From an uncultured Gemmatimonadales bacterium (GTDB lineage Bacteria > Gemmatimonadota > Gemmatimonadetes > Gemmatimonadales > GWC2-71-9), in the NCBI GenBank assembly GCA_963771275.1, contig CAVYSW010000010.1:32001-96000 (forward strand): a stretch of 64,000 nt of DNA. The letters are read 5' to 3'. Position 1 is the stretch's first letter; every line of letters begins with the position of its first letter. The notes below the pieces were generated by a model. It made no database searches. It saw only the letters and a program-made list of their open reading frames with translations, and was not told the DNA's origin. This document shows positions 8,709 to 18,310 of this stretch, piece by piece. A program made the translations under genes and the position numbers.

Positions 8709-9455
8709 CTACGGTCGGGCCTTGGCTTGGTCAACGCGCGCCGCGTCCACGATGGCCCGCATTTCCGCCACGGCCGCGGCCATGCCCACCATGATCGCCC
8801 GGCTCACGATGCTGTGTCCGATGTTGAGCTCTTCGATCTCGGCGATCGCGGCCACCGCAGCCACATTCTGATACGTGAGCCCGTGCCCGGCGTGCGCCGC
8901 GAGTCCGAGGCTCCGGGCGTGGCGGGCGGCGTTGCACAACTGCTCGAGCTGCCGCCCCGACTGCGGGAACGCGTTGGCATAGGCGCCGGTGTGCAATTCG
9001 ACAGCGTCCACGCCGAGTCGCGCGGCCACGTCGAGCGTGGGCAGGTCGGGTGTCACGAACAGGCTCAGCCGGACGCCCGCATTGCGCAGCCGGGCAATCG
9101 CGTCCACCAGCGCGGCGTCCGGGCTGCCGGGTGCGGTGAGCTGCAGGCCGCCCTCGGTGGTGATCTCCTGCCGCCGCTCGGGCACGAAGGTCGCCTGATG
9201 GGGCTTGAGCTGCGCCGCTAGCGCGACGATGTCGGGCGCGGAGGCCAGCTCGAGGTTGAGCACGGTGCTCACCCGGGCCGCGAGCCGGTGCACGTCGTCG
9301 TCGCGGATGTGGCGACGGTCCTCGCGCAGGTGCACGGTGATGCCGTCCGCTCCCGCCGCCTCGCAGAGCGCCGCCGCCTCCGCGGGATCCGGCTCCGCGG
9401 CCCGGCGCGCCTGTCGCACCGTCGCGACGTGATCCACGTTCACGTAGAGCCGCAT
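8709..9455 (-). CDS. pdxJ: Pyridoxine 5'-phosphate synthase
   Basis: VNVDHVATVRQAR, HLREDRRHI, TTEGG, AGHGL and ELNIGH motifs. Confidence 0.98.
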   Translation of the reverse strand: MRLYVNVDHVATVRQARRAAEPDPAEAAALCEAAGADGITVHLREDRRHIRDDDVHRLAARVSTVLNLELASAPDIVALAAQLKPHQATFVPERRQEITTEGGLQLTAPGSPDAALVDAIARLRNAGVRLSLFVTPDLPTLDVAARLGVDAVELHTGAYANAFPQSGRQLEQLCNAARHARSLGLAAHAGHGLTYQNVAAVAAIAEIEELNIGHSIVSRAIMVGMAAAVAEMRAIVDAARVDQAKARP

Positions 9456-9496
9456 GCGCGCTTGCCCCCGTTTCCCCAAGTTCGTACGTTCCTCTG

Positions 9497-9958
9497 GTGA
9501 ACTCTAATACGCTAGTGCGGCTGCGGCTGCTCGCGCCTGCCCTGATCGCCGCGGCCCTGCTCGGCGCGGGCTGTGGCCGGCCATCGGCGACGGCAGGTCC
9601 CACGCCCCAGGATCCCGCCGTTCTGATCGAGCGGTTCATGGCGGCGGTCAAGGCCAACGACCTCTCCACGCTGGGGAACTTGTGGGGGACGAGCAAGGGC
9701 CCGGCGTCCCAGAGGATGGCGCGCGACGAGCTCCACAAACGTCTCGTCATCATCCAGTCGTACCTGGCGCACGAGAGCTACACGATCGTCCCCGGAACGC
9801 AGGCCGCGCCAACCGGCGAGCAGCAAGTGCAGGTCCAGCTCACGCGCCGGGGGTGCACGCCCGTCGTGCCGTTCACGCTGGTGCGCTACAAGGGCGGCTG
9901 GCTGGTGTCCTCAATCGACCTCTCGGCGGCCGGGAACCCGGCGATCCCGTGCAGCTGA
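9497..9958 (+). CDS. Hypothetical lipoprotein
   Basis: Lipobox LGAGC; small alpha/beta domain ending GGWLV. Confidence 0.75.
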   Translation: MNSNTLVRLRLLAPALIAAALLGAGCGRPSATAGPTPQDPAVLIERFMAAVKANDLSTLGNLWGTSKGPASQRMARDELHKRLVIIQSYLAHESYTIVPGTQAAPTGEQQVQVQLTRRGCTPVVPFTLVRYKGGWLVSSIDLSAAGNPAIPCS

Positions 9959-9962
9959 GGCG

Positions 9963-10361
9963 CTACTCGGTCAGCTCGAGCAGGATGCCGGCGGTGGCCT
10001 TGGGGTGCAGGAACGCGATGCGGCGCCCGCCATGCCCCGCGCGGGGCGTCTCGTCCACGAGCCGGTAGCCGCGTGCGCGGCACGCCGCGAGCGCCCGATC
10101 CAGGTCCGGCACGCGCAGGCACAGGTGGTGGATGCCCGGCCCGCGCCGCGCCAGGAACTTCGCGATGGGGCTGTCGGTTGACAGGGGCGACAGCAGCTCC
10201 ACCTGCGCGTCGCCGACGGGCAGCGTGACGATGCGCGCGCCGTCGACGACCTCGGGCGCCCCCGGGGTGAGGCCGAGCACGTCGCGGTAGAACGCGAGCG
10301 CCTCCTCGAGATGGGGGACGGCGATCCCGACGTGCGCGATGGTGGCTTGGGATAGCGGCAC
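9963..10361 (-). CDS. mce: Methylmalonyl-CoA epimerase
   Basis: HVGIAV, VELL, GPGIHHLC and FLHPKATAGILLEL motifs; GGAGG RBS. Confidence 0.93.
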   Translation of the reverse strand: MPLSQATIAHVGIAVPHLEEALAFYRDVLGLTPGAPEVVDGARIVTLPVGDAQVELLSPLSTDSPIAKFLARRGPGIHHLCLRVPDLDRALAACRARGYRLVDETPRAGHGGRRIAFLHPKATAGILLELTE

Positions 10362-10430
10362 GAAACCTCCTCGGGCGGAGCGGCGCGAGCGGCGCGCCCG
10401 CGCGCAGAACATAATGCGAGGGAGCAGACG

Positions 10431-10757
10431 ATGGCAGGGACGCAGCACGTGACGGACGCGGATTTCGCGACCGAGATCGAGCAGCATCAGGGCCTGGCGA
10501 TGGTGGACTTCTGGGCGGCGTGGTGCGGGCCCTGCAAAATCATCGCGCCGTACGTCGAGCAGCTGGCCGGCGAGTACGGCGGACGACTCAAGGTCGCCAA
10601 GCTGGACGTGGACGCGAGCCCGCGCACGCCGGCGCGGTTCAACGTCCGGTCGATCCCGTCGGTGCTGTTCTTCAAGGACGGCGCGCTGGTCGACTCGGTG
10701 GTCGGCGCGGTGCCCAAGTCCCAGCTCACCGCGAAGGTCGAGCAGCACCTCCGGTGA
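10431..10757 (+). CDS. trxA: Thioredoxin
   Basis: DFWAAWCGPC and cis-Pro SIP motifs. Confidence 0.98.
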   Translation: MAGTQHVTDADFATEIEQHQGLAMVDFWAAWCGPCKIIAPYVEQLAGEYGGRLKVAKLDVDASPRTPARFNVRSIPSVLFFKDGALVDSVVGAVPKSQLTAKVEQHLR

Positions 10758-10806
10758 TGCTCCACCGCGAAAGACGGGCGCCCGGGAACGGGCCGCCCGG
10801 ATCCGT

Positions 10807-11814
10807 GTGCGGCCCAGCGTTGCGATTCTAGGCGGGACGCCGGTCCGGCTGGCCGATCTGCAGTTCCCCGCGCGCCGGGTCCAGATCGCCCGGACGCGGA
10901 TTGCGTTCATCCATCTCGACAACCTGGTCCACTTCGCCAAGAACGACCGCGACGGGCGGGTCGACGGCTACATCGCGGTCTACCTGTCGGACGAGCTGCT
11001 CCTGCTGTTTCTGCGCGGTGGCGACCTGACGACGGCGGTCTCGTTCACCACCGCCGGCCGGTCGGTCGTGCCACTCGCCGCCGCGCTGCGCCGGATGCGC
11101 GAGCAGCTGGCGCGCGGCGAGCTGCTGTTTTGCGAGGCGCCCCTCGAGCAGCTGGCGTGGATGTACCAGAGTGGCGCGGCGCCCGCCCGGCCGCACGCCG
11201 CCGCCGCCGACCGGGCCCGGGTGCTCGACGCGCTCCGGGACGAGCGGTACTCCGGCGTGGTCGAGCTGATCATCGACGGCCAGGTGTCGTATCTGCGGCT
11301 CGAACAGGGCGAGCCGCGCACCGCGTACGCCGCCGAGGCGCCGGGCGACAGCCCGCCGCCGGCGGATCTGCTGGCCCGCCTGGCGGCGCGCGCGGCGGCC
11401 GGGACCGTGGCGGTGAGCGTGTTTCCCGCGACCGACGAGCTGCCGGCCCAGCCGCCGCCGGCCCTGATCGACGCCTACCGCGAGGTGTTCTGGCGCATCA
11501 TCGAGGTCGCCGAGCGCGAGGTGCCCGGTGAGGCGATGCGCCGGGCGCTGTCGCTGCGCGACACGCTCGCCCCGATCCACGGGTCGCTCGCGGTGCTCGG
11601 GGCGGAGCGGGGCAAGCCGCCCGTCCCGGTGGTGACGACGCCGGAGGCCATGACGTCCGGGCTCGCCGACTGGGCGCTGCAGCTGCTCGAGCAGCTCGAG
11701 ATCATCGCACCCGGCGTGGCCCCGGGGGTGGTGCGCGACGCCACGCGCGAGCAGCGCTACGTGCTGCAGCGGGCCGGCTTCTACACCCGGCTGCCGTGGC
11801 CCGTCGAGTGGTGA
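10807..11814 (+). CDS. Hypothetical protein, possibly with two DUF4388/PATAN-like repeats
   Basis: Two similar segments (DGYIAV...LFLRGG and SGVVEL...LRLEQGE); overlaps the rsmI start. Confidence 0.65.
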   Translation: MRPSVAILGGTPVRLADLQFPARRVQIARTRIAFIHLDNLVHFAKNDRDGRVDGYIAVYLSDELLLLFLRGGDLTTAVSFTTAGRSVVPLAAALRRMREQLARGELLFCEAPLEQLAWMYQSGAAPARPHAAAADRARVLDALRDERYSGVVELIIDGQVSYLRLEQGEPRTAYAAEAPGDSPPPADLLARLAARAAAGTVAVSVFPATDELPAQPPPALIDAYREVFWRIIEVAEREVPGEAMRRALSLRDTLAPIHGSLAVLGAERGKPPVPVVTTPEAMTSGLADWALQLLEQLEIIAPGVAPGVVRDATREQRYVLQRAGFYTRLPWPVEW

Positions 11815-12641
11815 CCCCCGGCACGCTCTTCGTCGTCGCCACCCCGCTCGGCCATCTCGCTGACCTCTCCCCGCGTGGCGCCGACACCTTGCGCGCCGTC
11901 GCCCTCGTCGCCGCGGAAGACACGCGGCGGACCCGCGCGCTGCTGAGCCACCTCGACGCGCATCCCCGACTGGTGAGCTGCCACGCGCATTCCCCGCCGG
12001 GCCGCCTGACCGCCATCGTGCAGATGCTCGCGGCCGGCACGTCCGTGGCGCTGGTGACGGACGCCGGGACACCGACGATCAGCGACCCCGGGGCCGAGCT
12101 GGTGGCCCGGGCGCGCGCGGCCGGCTGCCCGGTCGCCGTCGTGCCGGGGCCGTCGGCCGTGGCGGCGGCGCTCAGCGTGTCGGGGCTGAGCGCGGATCGC
12201 TACACGTTTCTCGGCTTCGTCCCACGGCGGGGGCCGGAGCGGGTGGCCCTGCTCGCGCACGCCGCGCAGGCCCGCTGGTCCGTCGTGCTGTTCGAAGCGG
12301 CCCCCCGCCTGGGGCGCTTGCTCGCGGACCTGGGCGCCGTTTGCGGGGCGGAGCGCGCCGCCGCGGTGGCGCGCGAGCTCACCAAGCTGCACGAGGAGGT
12401 GCGGGCCGGAACCCTCGGGGAGCTGGCGGTTTACTACGAGGCACACGAGCCGCGCGGCGAGCTCACCGTGGTGGTGGCGGGACGATCCGATCCGGGACCC
12501 GCGCCGACCCCGCCGCAGGCGCGTGGACGCGCCGCCGAGCTGCTGGCGGCCGGTACCAGCCGGCGCGATGTCGTGCGACGCCTGGTGGAGGAGTTCGCCC
12601 TCCCCCGCAACGAGGCCTACCGCCTGGTCACCGAGCTGTGA
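11811..12641 (+). CDS. rsmI: 16S rRNA (cytidine1402-2'-O)-methyltransferase
   Basis: VATPLGHLADLS, AEDTR, DAGTPTISDPG and RELTKLHEE motifs. Confidence 0.97.
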   Translation: MTPGTLFVVATPLGHLADLSPRGADTLRAVALVAAEDTRRTRALLSHLDAHPRLVSCHAHSPPGRLTAIVQMLAAGTSVALVTDAGTPTISDPGAELVARARAAGCPVAVVPGPSAVAAALSVSGLSADRYTFLGFVPRRGPERVALLAHAAQARWSVVLFEAAPRLGRLLADLGAVCGAERAAAVARELTKLHEEVRAGTLGELAVYYEAHEPRGELTVVVAGRSDPGPAPTPPQARGRAAELLAAGTSRRDVVRRLVEEFALPRNEAYRLVTEL

Positions 12642-13324
12642 GGATTGGCCGACCGCGTCTCGTCTTCCCGCTTCTCACCGCGCTCGGGCTGAGCGGATTC
12701 GCCCGCGCCGCCCTTCCGGCGGCGCGCACCATGACCATCGGGCGGCTGCAGTACGACGGCGGCGGCGATTGGTACGGAAACCCGTCGAGCCTGCCCAACC
12801 TGCTGGCGGCGATTCGCACGGAGACCGGGTTGCCCGTGGCCGATCGCGAGGTGACCGTCACGCTCACCGGGCCCGAGCTCTGGGACGTCCCCTACCTCTA
12901 CATGAACGGGCACGGCAACGTGCGGTTCACCGACGGCGAGGTCGCGGTGCTGCGCCAGTACCTCGAGCAGGGCGGCTTTCTCCACGCGGACGACAACTAC
13001 GGGATGGACGCGTCGTTCCGGCGGGAGATCGCCCGCGTGTTCCCCGATCACGCGTTGGTCGACGTCCCGCTCGACCATCCGATCTACCACATCGTGAACC
13101 GCTTTCCGCGCGGAATCCCCAAGGTGCACGAGCACGACGGCAAGCCGGCGCAGGGCCTCGGCATCTTCCTGGGCGACCGGCTGGTCGTGTACTACTCGTA
13201 TCAGTCGGACCTCGGTGACGGTTGGGAGGACCCCGACGTGCACCATGACCCCGCGCCAATCCGCGAGGCCGCGCTGCGCATGGGCGTCAACCTGTTCACC
13301 TACGCGGTGACGGCGGCCCGATGA
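12638..13324 (+). CDS. DUF4159 domain protein, secreted
   Basis: Signal peptide; YDGGGDWY, YMNGHG, GGFLHADDNYG and DLGDGWE motifs. Confidence 0.9.
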   Translation: MRIGRPRLVFPLLTALGLSGFARAALPAARTMTIGRLQYDGGGDWYGNPSSLPNLLAAIRTETGLPVADREVTVTLTGPELWDVPYLYMNGHGNVRFTDGEVAVLRQYLEQGGFLHADDNYGMDASFRREIARVFPDHALVDVPLDHPIYHIVNRFPRGIPKVHEHDGKPAQGLGIFLGDRLVVYYSYQSDLGDGWEDPDVHHDPAPIREAALRMGVNLFTYAVTAAR

Positions 13325-16300
13325 GCGTGCGCGACTGGCTGGAGCGCGAGCGCCGGCGCGTGCGGCGCGGCGCCACCGTCGCGACCGCCCTCGTGGCGTG
13401 CGGCACGGGCGCGGCGGTGCTGATGCTCGGCATCGTGCTGGAGCGGGCGGGGCTGTATCGGCACGCGCCCGAGGTGGTGCTCGGGATCTGGCTGGCGGTG
13501 GGTGGCGTGCTGGTCGGCGCGACCGGGCTGGGGCTGCGGCGGCTGCGCGCCGCTTCGCGCGCCGCGCTGGCGGGCGATGTCGAGCGCCGGGCGGGACTCC
13601 GGCGCGGCGTGCTGGCGGGGCTCGCGGAGCCGGTGGCCCAGGGCAGCGCCGAGCTGGCCGGGCTGGCGGACCGCCAGATGGGCGCGTGGCTCGAGGCGCA
13701 CCATGCCGAGGCGGCCGCCGCGATCGCGGCGCCGCGGCGCCGCGACCTGCGCCAAGGCGTGGTGGTGGCCGCCGCCGGGCTGCTACTGTTCGTCGCCAGC
13801 GGGCCGCAGCGCGGTGTCTCCGCGCTGTGGCACCCGCTGGCGACAATGCGGCGCGCGCACGGGCCCGTGACGCTCGCCGTGGATGCTGAGACCGTGCGAC
13901 GGGGCGACGTGGTGAGGGTCTCGGTACGCGCGGCGGGCCGCCGCACGGCGCTGCTCTACCAGCGCGCGCCGGGCGAGCCGTGGCGCGCCACCACGCTCGC
14001 GCTCGACAGCGCCGGGCGCGCGACGCGCCCGATCGGGCCGCTGGACGCCGATCGCTACCTCTACGCCGAGAGCGGCGGCCGCGCGTCGGATACGGCGCGG
14101 GTGCACGTGACGTTCCCGGCGTTCGTCACCGATCTCGACTTGCTGGCCGTGTTCCCCGCGTACCTCGAGCGACCAGACGAGCCGCTCGCCGTCGGCCCGG
14201 ACACGCTGCTCCTCCCCGTCGGCACGCGGATCACGGCGACCGGGCGGGCGAGCGTCCCGCTCGAGCGGGCGGCGTGGGTCAGTGGCGACCGGCGTGTTCC
14301 CCTCGCGACGGTGGGCGACGCGTTCCGCGGCACGCTCCCCGTCGAGGGGTCGGGCGTGTGGAGCCTGGCGCTGGCGGGCGCGGAGGGGCCGGTGGACGGC
14401 CCCGGAGGCGGGCTCGTGGTCCGGGCGATTCCGGACAGCGCGCCGGCGGTCGCGGTTCCCGTCCCGGGGGTCGACACGACCGCGCCGACCTCGCTGCAGC
14501 AGCTGCTCGTGCTGGACCTCCGTGACGATCACCGCGTCACGCGCGCCGCGGTCGTGAGCCGCCGCGTGAGCCGGCTCGGCATCGCCGGGAGGCCGCGGGT
14601 GGACACGGTGCCGCTGCCCGCGGGGGGGCTCGAGCGCGCGATCCTGCAGTGGGTGCTGGACCTGAACGGGCGGGGGTTCCTCCCCGGCGACACCGCGTTC
14701 TTCCGCGCGCGCGTGTGGGACAACGCCCCGCGTCCGCAGACGGCGGAGACGCGCGAGTACGCGCTGCGGCTGCCGTCGCTGGCGGACCTGCGCGAGGCGG
14801 CGCGGCGCGAGGTCCGCTCGCTTGCCGCGGCGACCGACTCGGTCGTGCGGGCGCAGCAGGAGCTCGGGCGCGCCACGCAGGATCTGGCGCGGGAGCGCGA
14901 GCGCACGTCGGGCGCGGGCCGGCCGGGCGACGCGCGGGAGCAGCTGGGCTATCAGGCTGCGGAGCGCGCGGGGGAGATCGGCGCCGACCAGCGTGCGGTG
15001 ATCCAGCGGGCCGAGGAGCTGCGCCGCCGCGTCGCGGAGCTGTCGCGCACCGCCGAGGAGGCAGGGCTCAACGACTCCGCGTGGCTGGAGCAGGTGGCCG
15101 AGCTGCGCCGGCTGCTCGAGCAGGCGATCACGCCGGAGCTCGCGGCGACGCTGCGCCGCCTCGAGGAGGCGATGCAGCGGCTCGATCCGGAAGGCGTGCG
15201 CGACGCGCTCGAGCGGTTGGCCGCGCAGCAGGACCAGCTGCGGCGCGAGCTGGAACGCTCGCGCACGCTGTTCGAGCGCGCGGCGATCGAAGGCGAGATG
15301 ACGACGCTCGCGGACGATGCGGCGGAGCTGGTGCAGCGCCAGCGTGACTGGACGCAGGCGATGACCCGTGCTCCCGACACCGCGCTCGCGCGACCGGAGC
15401 GGCAGCTTGCCGGCGAAACCGATTCCCTGGCGCAGCGGCTGGCCGCGGTGGAGCGCGCCGCCCGCGCGGCGGGCGCCGACTCGGCCGGCGCGAGCAGCGC
15501 CGCGCGGGCGGCCGATGCCCGGACGAGCATGGACGCGGCGGCCGCGGCCGCCGCGGGCGGGGCGCAGCGCGAAGCGGTGCGCGAAGGGGAGGCGGCGGCG
15601 CGACAGCTCGATCCGGTCGCGCAAGCGCTCAAGCTGCAGCGCGACGCGCTGCGCGAGGCGTGGCGCCGCGATGTGCTGGCCGCGATGGACCGGGCGCTCG
15701 TCGAGACGGCGCAGCTCGCGCGCCAGCAGGAGGAGATCGTGCAGCGGCTCGACCGTGGCGAGGGCGACGCGGGGGTGCGCGGTGCCCAGGCCGCGGCGCG
15801 GGACGGGCTGGATCGGGTGCTGGCGCGGCTGCAGGACGCGGCCGGCAAGCACGCGCTCGTGTCGCCGCGGCTCGGCGCGGCCCTGGGGTACGCCAAGGGG
15901 CGGATGACCGGGGCGCTGGAGCAGCTGGAGCAGGGCACCCCCAACACGCGCGGCGCGGCGCTCGCGGCGGGGGACGCGCTGGACGGCCTCAACGCCCTCG
16001 CCATGCAGCTCGTGCGCGGCCGGTCGGCGATCGCCAACGCGCAGTCCGGCTCGGGACTGCAGGAGGCGATCGAGCAGCTGGCGCAGCTGGCCCAGCGGCA
16101 GGGAACGATGGCCGGCCAGGGCGGGGGCCTGCTGCCGCTGATGCCGGGGGGGGGCGCGGCGCTGATGGCGCAGCTGCGGCAGCTCGCCGCAGAGCAGCGG
16201 GCGCTGGCGGCCCAGCTCGAGCGCATGCGGGCGCAGGGACAGGCGAGCGGGGCGGGGGCGTACGCGGAGGAAGCGAACGAGATCGCGCGGTCCCTCGAGC

Positions 16301-16587
16301 AGGGCGTGCTGAACCGCGAGATCGTCGCGCGGCAGGAGCGCCTCTACCGGCGCCTGCTGGACGCCGGGCGGACGCTGCGCTCCTCCGACGAGGACGAGCA
16401 GAAGGAGCGGGTGAGCGAGACGGCGCGGCCGGGCGACGCGCTGGTGCCGGCGACGCCGGGCGTGCCCGCGGACCGCGGCCCGCGCTACCGCTATCCCACG
16501 TGGGAGGAGCTGCGGGATCTCTCTCCCGCCGATCGTCGGCTCGTGATGGACTACTTCAGGCGGCTCAATGCGGAGCACCGGCCGTAA
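13321..16587 (+). CDS. DUF4175-like membrane-anchored long coiled-coil protein
   Basis: Three N-terminal TM segments, beta-rich middle, long Q/E/A-rich coiled coil, C-terminal DYFRRL. Confidence 0.75.
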   Translation: MSVRDWLERERRRVRRGATVATALVACGTGAAVLMLGIVLERAGLYRHAPEVVLGIWLAVGGVLVGATGLGLRRLRAASRAALAGDVERRAGLRRGVLAGLAEPVAQGSAELAGLADRQMGAWLEAHHAEAAAAIAAPRRRDLRQGVVVAAAGLLLFVASGPQRGVSALWHPLATMRRAHGPVTLAVDAETVRRGDVVRVSVRAAGRRTALLYQRAPGEPWRATTLALDSAGRATRPIGPLDADRYLYAESGGRASDTARVHVTFPAFVTDLDLLAVFPAYLERPDEPLAVGPDTLLLPVGTRITATGRASVPLERAAWVSGDRRVPLATVGDAFRGTLPVEGSGVWSLALAGAEGPVDGPGGGLVVRAIPDSAPAVAVPVPGVDTTAPTSLQQLLVLDLRDDHRVTRAAVVSRRVSRLGIAGRPRVDTVPLPAGGLERAILQWVLDLNGRGFLPGDTAFFRARVWDNAPRPQTAETREYALRLPSLADLREAARREVRSLAAATDSVVRAQQELGRATQDLARERERTSGAGRPGDAREQLGYQAAERAGEIGADQRAVIQRAEELRRRVAELSRTAEEAGLNDSAWLEQVAELRRLLEQAITPELAATLRRLEEAMQRLDPEGVRDALERLAAQQDQLRRELERSRTLFERAAIEGEMTTLADDAAELVQRQRDWTQAMTRAPDTALARPERQLAGETDSLAQRLAAVERAARAAGADSAGASSAARAADARTSMDAAAAAAAGGAQREAVREGEAAARQLDPVAQALKLQRDALREAWRRDVLAAMDRALVETAQLARQQEEIVQRLDRGEGDAGVRGAQAAARDGLDRVLARLQDAAGKHALVSPRLGAALGYAKGRMTGALEQLEQGTPNTRGAALAAGDALDGLNALAMQLVRGRSAIANAQSGSGLQEAIEQLAQLAQRQGTMAGQGGGLLPLMPGGGAALMAQLRQLAAEQRALAAQLERMRAQGQASGAGAYAEEANEIARSLEQGVLNREIVARQERLYRRLLDAGRTLRSSDEDEQKERVSETARPGDALVPATPGVPADRGPRYRYPTWEELRDLSPADRRLVMDYFRRLNAEHRP

Positions 16588-18310
16588 CCGCTGGGTCGGC
16601 GCGCTCGCGCTGCTGCTCGCCACGGGCACCGCCGCGGCGCAGCGGTCCGCCGCAGACCTCAACGCCGCGCTCGAGCTCCAGCGCCAGGGCCGCAACGAGG
16701 AAGCCGCGGCGGCGTTCGGCCGGGTCCTCGCGACGGACCGCGCCAACCTGACCGCGTTGTTCGGGATCGAGCGCGCCTTCCAAGCGCTTGGCCAGCTGAG
16801 CCGGCTGCTGCCGTACATCGACTCGTCGCTCGCGGCCGTGCCGGATCGGAGTCTCGTGTGGGGCATGCGGGTGCGCGCCCTGGGGGAGCTCGGCCGGTCG
16901 GACGACCTGGCGTCGACGGCCCGGGCGTGGATCGCCGCGCAGCCGGGCTCCGCCGATCCGTACCGCGAGTGGGCGTTCGCGCTCGCGCAGCAGGGCAACA
17001 CGGGCGAGGCGCGCGAGGTGCTCCACGAGGGCCAGCGCCGGCTTGGTGGATCCGCGCTGATGCAGGAGCTGGCGCAGATGGACGCCGTCGTGGGGCAATG
17101 GCCCGAGGCGGCCCAGCACTGGCGCGCCGCCGTGCAGGCCGACGCCGACCTGGCGTTTGCGGCGGGGCTGAGCCTGAGCCCGGTGCCCGCAGCCGACCGC
17201 AGTGCGGTGCTGCGCGTCCTGCTCGAGCCGCGCGACCCGCAGGCGCGACGCATCGCCGCCGACGTCCTAGTGGGGTGGGATCGGCCGGGGGAGGCCTGGA
17301 CCCTGCTCGACGCGAATCTGCCGGACGATCCCGCGGCGGCGGTGGGCGTACTGGGCCGGTTCATCGATCGCGTGCGCCTGGCGAACAGCGCCGAAGGGGC
17401 CCGGATACGCGGTTACGCCTGGGAGCGTCTCGCCGGGTTGCAGCAGGGCCCCGTCGCGCAGGCCTCGCGGGTCGAGGCGGCGCGGGCCTATGCCGATGCG
17501 GGCGACCGGGCCGGGGCCGAGCGGATGCTCGACCGGATGACGCAGGACCCGACCGCCGTGCCCGCCACGGCCCGGGGCGTGATGGTCACGCTGATTGGCG
17601 TGCTGGCGGACGCGGGCCGGGCGGCCGAGGCCGAGCGCCGACTGGCCGAGTGGGGCGACCGGCTGGCCGGCGACGACCGCGCCGCGCTCGGCGAGCGGAT
17701 CGCGTGGGCGTGGGTGCATGAGGGTCATCTCGACCGCGCCGAGCGCGCGCTCGGGTCGGACTCGGGGGTCACGACGGCGGCGCTGCGGGGTTGGCTCGCG
17801 CTGTTCCGCGGCGATCTCGAGGGGGCGGCCGCGCGGTTCCGCGACGCCGGGCCGTTCGCCGGCGCCCGCGGGGAGGCGACGCGGCGCACCACCGCGGTGG
17901 CGCTCGTCGAGCGCGTCGGGGTGCACCAGTCGACCGCGCTCGGCGCCGCGTTCCTCGCGCTCGAGCGGGAGGACACGGTGGCGGCGGTGGGCGCGTTCGA
18001 GCGGGCGGCGCGGGGCCTCCCGGCGTTGGGGGGGCGGGGCGACGTGCTGGCGTTCGCGGGCCAGTTGGCGGCCGACGCGCGCGACCGGCGTGCCGAAGCG
18101 CTGCTCGAGGCGGCGCTCGCGGCGGACAGCGCGGGCCCCGCGGCGCCCGCGGCCGAGTATGCGCTCGCCGAGCTGCTGGCCGGCTCGGGCAGGATCACCG
18201 CGGCCCTGGCGCGGCTGGAGCACGTCATCCTCGCGCAGCCGGGCAGCGCGGTGATTCCGCTGGCCCGACGGCTGCGCGACCGGCTCCGGGGGGCCGTGCC
18301 CAGCTCATGA
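16568..18310 (+). CDS. Secreted TPR-repeat protein
   Basis: Signal peptide (AAA-Q) and repeated TPR-like helices; overlaps both neighbours. Confidence 0.8.
   Translation: MRSTGRNRWVGALALLLATGTAAAQRSAADLNAALELQRQGRNEEAAAAFGRVLATDRANLTALFGIERAFQALGQLSRLLPYIDSSLAAVPDRSLVWGMRVRALGELGRSDDLASTARAWIAAQPGSADPYREWAFALAQQGNTGEAREVLHEGQRRLGGSALMQELAQMDAVVGQWPEAAQHWRAAVQADADLAFAAGLSLSPVPAADRSAVLRVLLEPRDPQARRIAADVLVGWDRPGEAWTLLDANLPDDPAAAVGVLGRFIDRVRLANSAEGARIRGYAWERLAGLQQGPVAQASRVEAARAYADAGDRAGAERMLDRMTQDPTAVPATARGVMVTLIGVLADAGRAAEAERRLAEWGDRLAGDDRAALGERIAWAWVHEGHLDRAERALGSDSGVTTAALRGWLALFRGDLEGAAARFRDAGPFAGARGEATRRTTAVALVERVGVHQSTALGAAFLALEREDTVAAVGAFERAARGLPALGGRGDVLAFAGQLAADARDRRAEALLEAALAADSAGPAAPAAEYALAELLAGSGRITAALARLEHVILAQPGSAVIPLARRLRDRLRGAVPSS

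Noticed and set aside
13783..17364. Very long antisense ORFs (also 35218-38997, 6774-9221, 48010-50214)
   Set aside because: Shadow frames of real genes in high-GC DNA; Arg/Ala/Pro-rich with no recognisable motifs
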